Shown in pieces: positions 29,757 through 37,002 of a DNA stretch of 48,328 nucleotides. The notes under the pieces were generated by a model. It was not told the DNA's origin and made no database searches. It was given only the letters and a program-made list of their open reading frames with translations. A program made the position numbers and the translations under genes. The DNA lies in assembly GCA_037143235.1 (NCBI GenBank), contig JBAWZC010000006.1, forward strand, positions 1-48,328, written 5' to 3'. Each line of letters begins with the position of its first letter. Position 1 is the first letter of the stretch. The stretch comes from Candidatus Berkelbacteria bacterium (GTDB lineage: Bacteria > Patescibacteriota > UBA1384 > XYA2-FULL-43-10 > 1-14-0-10-43-13).

Positions 29757-29881
29757 AATCTGTCGGCAAGGGCGCAGGAGTGTTTTGTATAGTTTAGACA
29801 TGATACAAAACCGTCCTTGCTGACAGATTGAAGTGTCCATCACCACTCTCAAAAGAATGATGATGGACGGTAATTTGGCGT
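29757..29881 (-). other. Double long-hairpin structured RNA downstream of the 448-aa gene
   Basis: GTCCATCATCATTC/GAGTGGTGATGGAC hairpin, ACTTC linker, then AATCTGTCAGCAAGGACG/CGCCCTTGCCGACAGATT hairpin. Confidence 0.6.
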
Positions 29882-31228
29882 TTAGCTCAATCCTTTGAAC
29901 TTCGCCTGAAGCTGCCGCATAGCAGCCTCCAGATCTTCTATTGGCTTCGGATCTTCCAGGTCCTCTGCTTCTGCCACCATTTCTTCGATGACAGATTCAC
30001 GCCAGCGGAGATTCATGTTTTGGTATCCGAACTTTGGGTATACCAAGAACTCCAAAACCCCACCGGCGCATATAACAGTTCGCACCACTACAGCCTCTCG
30101 GTTCTCGCAGTGGGCTGTGGGGTCGCCGTAGCAGTTGACATCTGCCAGACGGCCCCAGTCTTGTATTTGAGTTCCATCTTTGTTCGCTACGCTCAAGTAG
30201 CTGAAAGACGGAACATAGCCTAACTCCATGCCAGCAACTGTCTGAATCTCGTCAAGACGTCTGGAGTAGAGCAGGTTTAAATTTTCGTCGAGGCCCATCG
30301 CGCCATTTAGCGCTCCGAGCTCTCTTTCTATCTCCCGAACAGTCTCCAACTGCTGGGCCGTCACACCATTAACCGGCAAGTGCATCACGCGCAGCCAGTC
30401 AATGGCGAGCTCGTCAGGTTGAACGAGGCACCAACCGATCATCCCGTCACTCTTGTAGAGAGGGATTGTGCTGAAGTCTCTCTTGCGGCGGGTACCGTCG
30501 GGTTGAACAACCCAGGCGTCGCCGTGATTTGACGCCCCTCCACGACGGTGCCACGCCGTGAAGTTGAAGAGGCCACCTTTTTCTTCGGCTTCCCGCCAAA
30601 GAGCAGTCGCTTTTTCCCAGGCGTCTCTCACCGATGAACAGATGTGTCCGTACTTGAGCAAATCATCCGTTCCGTCCTCGATTTTGGATATATCTTCGTT
30701 ATCGACGTAGCCAAAATAGTTCCCAGCTTCCGCAAAAATGGCTACCGCTGGGTGTTCCAACACGGCGTTCGCCCACTTGCCTGCCTCGTCAACCCATGCT
30801 TGACGGTTTTTCTCAATTAGTCCGTCAAAGTGAGCTTTGACCTCAGCAAATTTCTCCGCCGAATCAAGCATCACTTTTAGGGCCGGAACAGTGTACGTTC
30901 CATGCATAGCTCCGCCATCAACACGGACAAGCTCGGTGTGAAAAAGCCACATCCCGCCCTCATAGCTACGGTTGCTCGGGTAAGCAATCTGCCACACGCC
31001 TTTACTGCCCATTTTGGCATGAGCGGCATAGTCCGAATCCGGTTCCTTGCAGGTCCGGAATCCGTCGTCACTTTCCCACGAAGCCCCGACGGTGTGCCCA
31101 CCGAAGAACCATACATCCTCGCGAATGTTGTAGGTGCCTGGTTGAAATCCGGCAATCGCCAGAACTTCTTCGAGGCTAAATATTGGCGCTTGCCAATCGG
31201 CTGGTACTGGCAAAATTTTTTCTTCCAT
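29882..31228 (-). CDS. Hypothetical protein (448 aa)
   Basis: Long ORF with SD GGAGGTG; no family recognised. Confidence 0.8.
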   Translation of the reverse strand: MEEKILPVPADWQAPIFSLEEVLAIAGFQPGTYNIREDVWFFGGHTVGASWESDDGFRTCKEPDSDYAAHAKMGSKGVWQIAYPSNRSYEGGMWLFHTELVRVDGGAMHGTYTVPALKVMLDSAEKFAEVKAHFDGLIEKNRQAWVDEAGKWANAVLEHPAVAIFAEAGNYFGYVDNEDISKIEDGTDDLLKYGHICSSVRDAWEKATALWREAEEKGGLFNFTAWHRRGGASNHGDAWVVQPDGTRRKRDFSTIPLYKSDGMIGWCLVQPDELAIDWLRVMHLPVNGVTAQQLETVREIERELGALNGAMGLDENLNLLYSRRLDEIQTVAGMELGYVPSFSYLSVANKDGTQIQDWGRLADVNCYGDPTAHCENREAVVVRTVICAGGVLEFLVYPKFGYQNMNLRWRESVIEEMVAEAEDLEDPKPIEDLEAAMRQLQAKFKGLS

Positions 31229-31360
31229 ACTTCACCTCCATACGCTCCGTCTCATGGACATAATGCGTTTAGTGAAGATTGGAATTTTAAAAATAAAACT
31301 CTAAATCTTAACTAAAAAGATTGAGAGGCACGACCGTCATGGTGGTGCCTCCTGGGATGA

Positions 31361-31936
31361 TTATTCGCTTGCCATCCTGACAAGCAACTCGGCTAACGCC
31401 CTCACTGTGGGGCGTTCAGAGACTGGCTCACCTCTTTCAAGGTGATGCACTGATCCCCGATAAACACCGTCCGAGCCGAGAATCGGAACGGTGTCTTGGG
31501 TGCCAGCATAGTCGGACCATACCTCGGCAATCACCGAGAGTCCGACTTTCTGGCAAAAATCATGCCATTCTGGCAAACGATCAAGATCGCCGGCCAGAAT
31601 GATAACATGGGTAGCTGAGGCACAAATTGCCTCATTTTCAACGCTCGGGATGCCACCAATATCCACGAGCGTCAGCGAAAGTGTACAATTTCGTACAGAG
31701 TCAGCTATTCTCTGCACAAATTCGGGAGTGAACTTGGCCTTGTAGGCCGCTTTGCAAGCGGCAGCCAAGCTTGGGTCCTAATTCACTGTTTCCTGGAACC
31801 AGGACCCTTCACCGTCGGGGCACGCCGTAATTACATACGGGTACGGCGCCCCCGGAATCATTTTGATTGCTTGCTTTAATCCTTCACGCAAGCAACTTTT
31901 TCCGGACCTTGGTGGTCCGGCAAGAATTACTTTCAT
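31361..31936 (-). pseudogene. Csx3-associated P-loop NTPase interrupted by an in-frame TAG at codon 53 (31780-31778)
   Basis: From ATG 31936: MKVILAGPPRSGKS (Walker A)...ACPDGEGSWFQETVN*DPSLAAACK...LVDIGG (Walker B-like); SD AAAGGGGG; frame continuous with the 135-aa ORF. Confidence 0.8.
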
Positions 31937-32029
31937 AATTCCCCCTTTCCGCCATTTGGTCTGGCGTAGTCAGCTCCGTCAATCAATGAAGACCCAGCCA
32001 ACTATGCAACACCAAATATCACCATCTTT

Positions 32030-32063
32030 CCCTCTCCTTTCCAAGGAGAGGCTAGGTGAGGTG
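32030..32063. repeat. CCTCTCCTT-N-AAGGAGAGG palindromic repeat (same family as those around the DUF559 gene)
   Basis: CCCTCTCCTTTCCAAGGAGAGGCTAGGTGAGG resembles 38599-38634 and 38682-38715. Confidence 0.7.
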
Positions 32064-32071
32064 AAATTTTC

Positions 32072-32124
32072 CCTTTTCGTCTTAATTTTCAAAGACTCAT
32101 CAGCCCCGATGTATCGGGGGAAGG
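32072..32124 (-). ncRNA. Hammerhead ribozyme, type III (copy B)
   Basis: Minus strand: CCUU-C^-CCCCGA-UACA-UCGGGG-CUGAUGA-GUCUU-UGAAAAUU-AAGAC-GAAA-AGG. 35 nt identical to copy A; stem I differs in sequence but is fully paired; predicted cut at 32120/32119 after UUC. Confidence 0.88.
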
Positions 32125-32305
32125 TTGAAGCGCATCGAGTGAAATAAATCACTCATTGATGCGCTTCCGGATGTTTGGCTATTTTATCGCACAGCCAAGA
32201 GTGTGCGTCAGCAAAAAATTTTAACGAGTCGCTGATGAACTCGGCCTTCTCGGCATGGATGGTTTACTCGGGGACTCCATCGACCCTCAAATTTAACCGC
32301 CGATA

Positions 32306-32647
32306 TTACTCGGCAGCAGCGACATCGGTCGCCAGGATAATCTGTCCGACGGTGAACGCACCGCCGTGGCAGATCGAGACAACATACCCGGCCAGCTTGG
32401 GGTCGAACACCCCAACGGCCGAATACAAATGTCCCACACCATGCGCAATTGCGCAGGCGGCAGGGAGGGAAGCAGGTCCGTTCAGAAGGACTAACTCCCC
32501 GCCCTGGAGGTGGTTTTCTGCCAACGCCTTAACGGCGTCAGCGACGATTGCATCATTTTGCGCCGGCTCGCCAAAGCCGATGCGCAGTAGAGTGGCCGAA
32601 ACGCCGGCGGCGACTGCATTCTCGGCAGTAATTGTGTAAGTGGCCAT
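32306..32647 (-). CDS. csx3: Csx3/Crn3-like cyclic oligoadenylate ring nuclease
   Basis: LVLLNGPASLP...AHGVGHLYSAVGVFDPKL.GYVVSICH matches my recollection of Csx3 (His pair, DP(R/K)L, distal His); perfect SD TAAGGAGGT before ATG 32647. Confidence 0.82.
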   Translation of the reverse strand: MATYTITAENAVAAGVSATLLRIGFGEPAQNDAIVADAVKALAENHLQGGELVLLNGPASLPAACAIAHGVGHLYSAVGVFDPKLAGYVVSICHGGAFTVGQIILATDVAAAE

Positions 32648-32838
32648 GATGACCTCCTTACCAGTCACTCACTTATTGTATCGAGTGACTGTTCTGGGTT
32701 GGGTATTTAAGGTATTTACCCCCATTCGGAATAAAAGGACTATTAGAGAAGGCATTTTACAAAAAGGGTGATTTATACAACATCTTATATTCTCTGAGAG
32801 ACAAAAACTTCATTGAAACAATCGAGAAAAACAAAAAA

Positions 32839-33435
32839 ATGTCATTTAAAGCCAATGATCCTTTTGTAATAAAAGACTACCTGATAGATCAAGCTCAAAA
32901 GTATCGTGATGCCGAAAACATATTTAGCTCTGTTCTACCCTCTCTCTCAAATATGTTTAAGATGACCACCGAAAAGCCAATTGTCAGAGTTCTGGAAGGT
33001 TTTGAAGGTATCAAAGAACTCTACGAAGATACTTTGAGAGAAAAGGCACCTATTGTGGCTTTTCTGGAAGGGGCCGAATCAGACAAGAGAGTGTGGCGCT
33101 GGCTCAGAGATCAGTATGTCGAAAAACGAAAAAAGGCAAATATCTTTGCCCGTGTTATCGTCTCGAAAGAGATCAACGATGGAGATATCAATGAATACAC
33201 AGAAAAAGACAAGTACGAACTTCGGGAAACACGGATTGTGAACAAAAAAATATTCCCAAGCAAGCTTGAGATTCAAATATACGGCAATAAAGTCTCCTTT
33301 GCCAACTACAACCAAAACGACGTCCTAGTCGGCGTAATCATAGATAACATAAACATTGCGGAAAGTATGAGGGGACTATTTGAGTTGGCATGGATAGCCG
33401 CAGGAAAAAATGCGGCAGTCACGCGATGTGTTTGA
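32839..33435 (+). CDS. TrmB-like transcription regulator, apparently 5'-truncated
   Basis: KPxVRVLEGFEGIKELYEDTL...EIQIYGNKVS...IAESMRGLFELAW effector domain. The frame stays open upstream to 32689, encoding HTH remnants (KGDLYNILYSL) without an ATG. Confidence 0.75.
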   Translation: MSFKANDPFVIKDYLIDQAQKYRDAENIFSSVLPSLSNMFKMTTEKPIVRVLEGFEGIKELYEDTLREKAPIVAFLEGAESDKRVWRWLRDQYVEKRKKANIFARVIVSKEINDGDINEYTEKDKYELRETRIVNKKIFPSKLEIQIYGNKVSFANYNQNDVLVGVIIDNINIAESMRGLFELAWIAAGKNAAVTRCV

Positions 33436-34752
33436 TTACATCTGCTTGTACTCGTCTAGCTTAAAATCACGATGAAATTTCCAGGTGTGCGCTCCGAGTC
33501 TTTGTTTTTCGCCGATATAATGAAACAAAAAGATCAAATATGGGTTCTTAAACATAAGTATCTTCTTTTCTGGTATTCCATTAGCGATAAGATATTCTCG
33601 CGCTTTCTCGCTTTGGACAAAAAATCGCCCTCCCTCCATTGAGATGTGACCTTGGAAAGACACTCCACCACCCCTATCGTTATCTTTCAATAACGAGCTA
33701 GAGACTTTTGCTTCTTCGGAAATCATCTGAATTGGCTTGAAAAAATAAACATCCCAAACAGGAGTTGAATGTATCGCGTAGTCAGAATCTTCGTATGTTT
33801 CCCTCAAGGGCTCAGCGCTAAGGGGCCAGTTATGAACTGTACCAAACTCATCTTGGTATAAATATTCTGGGTCATTTCGATGTACGTCTCGCCAATCATA
33901 TGCTTCTTTGGCGGTCTTGAATTGCACTCCGGGAACATATCCTGTGTATTGGGGATTAAACTGCTCGACAGTTCCATAAATATTATCATGATGCCATTTT
34001 TTAATCCCTCTTTCAGAGAAAGTTCCCTTTAAACTTGCGGGGCTATAAGCTTTGTGACGGGAATCTGTCGAAACCAACTCTTTTTGACTTATTATCGCTC
34101 CGCTTTTAAATATTCCAGGAACATTCTCGATCGGCAAACCATGCACCCAAAATATCGGCCTTTCGCGGGCATCTTCAATACGCGTATCCATCTCCTCGGC
34201 CATCATCTGGTGAATGATTTCAAGTCCAACTCTCAAATCCTCTTTATCGAGCTCTTGGTATATTCTTTCATGGGCAATGTTCTTCGCATACTGCGAAAGA
34301 CCTTGGTGCAATCCACCAAAGCTTTGGGACATTTGCTCTACAATTTCTAGGCTACCCTTTTCTTCAAAAAATTTCTCGATTGCTCTCTCAATGAACTGGC
34401 TTCTGGAGAATTCCTGTTGATCTCCACTTTTCGGTATTATCGCAACTAATTTATCAACATTAATTCTCTCACCACGAGAGCAAGCCCCCTGAAATGTGTT
34501 TCGCCGTATTTGTTGTGAACCTGGAATTGCCTCGGGATGAATTTCAATTGTATAATTATCATTAAAATATTTTACAATCCAATCTACCAAGTCACTCAGC
34601 GAAGCCTCTATCTCCACCTCGTGAGCACAATAATATTCCTGGGCAGAAGCATCATTTTCAATTCCTAGGTTTACAAAAACAATATCCTCCAGCCGTCGAG
34701 ACTCTGCGAAGTTATTTTGTTCATCTAAATCTTGTTTTAGTATCTCTGGCAC
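33436..34752 (-). CDS. Hypothetical protein, possible ADP-ribosyltransferase-like domain
   Basis: 438-aa ORF; WVHGLPIENVPGIFKSGAIIS resembles the HxxxxxNxxxIxxxGxxxS first motif of DarT/ART folds. Confidence 0.6.
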   Translation of the reverse strand: MPEILKQDLDEQNNFAESRRLEDIVFVNLGIENDASAQEYYCAHEVEIEASLSDLVDWIVKYFNDNYTIEIHPEAIPGSQQIRRNTFQGACSRGERINVDKLVAIIPKSGDQQEFSRSQFIERAIEKFFEEKGSLEIVEQMSQSFGGLHQGLSQYAKNIAHERIYQELDKEDLRVGLEIIHQMMAEEMDTRIEDARERPIFWVHGLPIENVPGIFKSGAIISQKELVSTDSRHKAYSPASLKGTFSERGIKKWHHDNIYGTVEQFNPQYTGYVPGVQFKTAKEAYDWRDVHRNDPEYLYQDEFGTVHNWPLSAEPLRETYEDSDYAIHSTPVWDVYFFKPIQMISEEAKVSSSLLKDNDRGGGVSFQGHISMEGGRFFVQSEKAREYLIANGIPEKKILMFKNPYLIFLFHYIGEKQRLGAHTWKFHRDFKLDEYKQM

Positions 34753-34790
34753 ATCGATTCTTTCATATTAAGTATCGGAAAATATAGCAA

Positions 34791-36251
34791 TTAAGCAGCC
34801 TTTATTCCATCCAATAAAACATTGATTTTATCTTCTTCCAAAGCTTGGGACTGTTTGACTATATTTTTCATACTCATGCCTTCGGGTCTTACCACAACAT
34901 ACAGATGCTCCAAGACAGCAAGTTTTTTTCCATTATTATCTTCGACTTCGACGAAATAGTCATAACGGTCGGCAAAATTAAAATTGGCATCTTCTAGTGT
35001 CTCAATCATCTCTAGCTTGTCTGGAAAATATCTCGGGGTCTCATTTTCTTCATTTTGTTCAGTCGGGTTTCCGGTATCTTTTGATGGCGCGTCAACAATC
35101 GCCCCAAAAGAAGTTCTCTGTCCGGTTTTAAGTTGTGCTTGCTGATATTCGCGGATAGCCTTGCCATAACCTCCAAAATCACGATCTGGCATCTCAATGA
35201 CAACGATGCCACCCGGTCTGACATTGTCATAAATATTTTTTAGCGTCTTCATTTGACCTTCGTGGTCACCGGCAAATCCGAAAGTATGCCACATCATGAT
35301 AGCAACATCGGCTTTTTGGGGACCGAAACTTTTATCGTAATCTTCGCTATCAATATCGAAAAAACTACCCTGTTGTAGTCTAATATTTTTTCGAAGGTCG
35401 CCCAAAGTATTCACTTTCGGCAAAACATTTGATACCTCAAAAGCCTTTCGTGCTGATTCGGCAAGTTTATCTGGTCGTTTGTGCGTAAAACCATCCCAAA
35501 ATAATTCTGTTCTCTCGTCAACCTGGTCAAGCATCCTCTTGGAAATATCAATACAATTTACCCGATGCCCCAAGGCAGCCAGAGGGATTGCGAACCTGCC
35601 TTCGCCTGTCCCAAGATCGAAAATCGTAAGTTGCTTATGATCCTCTCCTCTTCCAGACAAAGTAGGCGGTAACGCTAGTTCCTTCAGTAAATATTCGAGA
35701 CTTACAGTAGTGTCGGTCGTCAGTCCTTCGTAATCACGAAGATTGAAGTCTGGATTGTCATATAGATTTTTTAATCGTTGGGAAATTATTTCCTGGGCAT
35801 AGAGACCGCCATTAAGTTCCTGATTCCCCGGTTGCGCTGGCTCGCGCAAGAAATCATCAATTATGAGCTGAGCGTCCATGAAACCCTGAAGAGTTGGAGG
35901 ATATGAAAGCAGATTCGCCAACTCTAGATTAACGGAATTCAGGCTACCTGCTGCGAGGTCTACTTTCCCTTCATTGAAATATCCAATCTTCTCGGCGATT
36001 TGTCTCATAATCGCTTTCTCAATCAAGTCCGCCTCGAGAGAGCCATCCTGAAACTGGAGCATGGCAGCAATATGATCGGCTACTTTTTCTGATAATCTCA
36101 TGGTCTCCTGATACATATCCTTGAATTCAGGATCTCGAGAATGTGGAATACTAGAGGAGTCTGGTGATGCAAAACATTTTTCTATTTCACCACAAGAATC
36201 GTCTACTTTAAAAGAGTTTGATAAATTTTGGGTTGGTATTTCGTTCAACAT
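34791..36251 (-). CDS. Class I SAM-dependent methyltransferase with long N-terminal extension
   Basis: FDLGTGEGR motif I, CIDISKRML, VRPGGIVVIE. Confidence 0.85.
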   Translation of the reverse strand: MLNEIPTQNLSNSFKVDDSCGEIEKCFASPDSSSIPHSRDPEFKDMYQETMRLSEKVADHIAAMLQFQDGSLEADLIEKAIMRQIAEKIGYFNEGKVDLAAGSLNSVNLELANLLSYPPTLQGFMDAQLIIDDFLREPAQPGNQELNGGLYAQEIISQRLKNLYDNPDFNLRDYEGLTTDTTVSLEYLLKELALPPTLSGRGEDHKQLTIFDLGTGEGRFAIPLAALGHRVNCIDISKRMLDQVDERTELFWDGFTHKRPDKLAESARKAFEVSNVLPKVNTLGDLRKNIRLQQGSFFDIDSEDYDKSFGPQKADVAIMMWHTFGFAGDHEGQMKTLKNIYDNVRPGGIVVIEMPDRDFGGYGKAIREYQQAQLKTGQRTSFGAIVDAPSKDTGNPTEQNEENETPRYFPDKLEMIETLEDANFNFADRYDYFVEVEDNNGKKLAVLEHLYVVVRPEGMSMKNIVKQSQALEEDKINVLLDGIKAA

Positions 36252-36339
36252 GGCTATAAATAAATAGCATTAAGATTTCAACAATTCAATTCTATAACAA
36301 AACAAAAGAGAAATGAAATAGGAGATGAAATTTAACAAC

Positions 36340-36372
36340 AAAAAAAGCCCCGATACAATATCGGCGCTTTTT
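36340..36372 (-). terminator. Intrinsic terminator downstream of tRNA-Ser(GCT)
   Basis: AAAAGCGCCGATA...TATCGGGGCTTTTTTT. Confidence 0.7.
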
Positions 36373-36425
36373 GAACAAATCGAATGGCGGGACGCTGAGC
36401 GCCGCTTTCACAACGCTTAGCGTTG

Positions 36426-36583
36426 TGGCGGAAGGTGAGGGATTTCGAGCGCTTCGCTTCTAAAAACCCACGGTTTTTAGTATTTTCCTTCACGGGAAAC
36501 TTCCGTTTCCCGACCCCTTCCCTGTTCGAATCCCTTCAACATAATATGGCCATCCCGCATAGCCCCTTCGGGGCGACGTGGGA
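36426..36583 (-). mobile_element. Small structured element bounded by a 19-bp duplication of the tRNA-Ser 3' end
   Basis: TGGCGGAAGGTGAGGGATT at 36426-36444 and 36584-36602; multiple internal hairpins. Confidence 0.6.
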
Positions 36584-36676
36584 TGGCGGAAGGTGAGGGA
36601 TTCGAACCCTCGTGGCGGCTTTTAGACCGCCGGCGGTTTAGCAAACCGCTCCCGTAAGCCACTTGGGTAACCTTCC
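36584..36676 (-). tRNA. tRNA-Ser(GCT)
   Basis: GGAAGGT...ACCTTCC-GCCA; anticodon arm GCGGT-TT-GCT-AA-ACCGC; long variable arm; GTTCGAATC. Confidence 0.95.
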
Positions 36677-36789
36677 GTGCGAAAACAATCTCCAACATCA
36701 ACAAATCTAACATATCCGAGACCAAAAATCTACTGGGGATTGTTGTGAGTAATCTCAACTATTATTCAAAGCACAGTCGCCTATGTTGC

Positions 36790-36836
36790 GCTAGGCGCTT
36801 ACGCTGTGATGGGATTCCCGCCTGCGCGGGAATGAC
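36790..36836. repeat. Half copy of the family A palindrome element
   Basis: GCGCTTACGCTGTGATGGGATTCCCGCCTGCGCGGGAATGAC. Confidence 0.8.
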
Positions 36837-37002
36837 TAAAGGAATCTGACCAGCTTAAACACTGTCTAACTTATTAGCTTAAACACTTTCTTGCCGTCTT
36901 GATTTTTTTTGACTTATTGGACATAATCAAAAAGCCTCGATTGCGAACCTGGGTTTGTACTTGCGGCACTAGAAAATCAATTTAACTATTTAGGATAAAT
37001 AT

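Noticed and set aside
32225-32245. Plus-strand CTGATGA as a third, antisense hammerhead
   Set aside because: No stem II followed by GAAA; it is simply the loop of the CGAGT/ACTCG hairpin.
32175-32639. 154-aa plus-strand ORF
   Set aside because: Antisense shadow of csx3, which has the perfect SD and family motifs.
28400-32800. CRISPR array near csx3
   Set aside because: No regularly spaced direct repeats with unique spacers; the 35-nt repeat occurs only twice, 3 kb apart.
26890-36426. One large tRNA-bounded prophage or ICE spanning the accessory region
   Set aside because: No integrase or phage structural genes, and no distant att repeat; the only tRNA-end duplication spans just 158 bp.
36477-36758. 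93-aa minus-strand ORF
   Set aside because: Overlaps tRNA-Ser(GCT) entirely; spurious.
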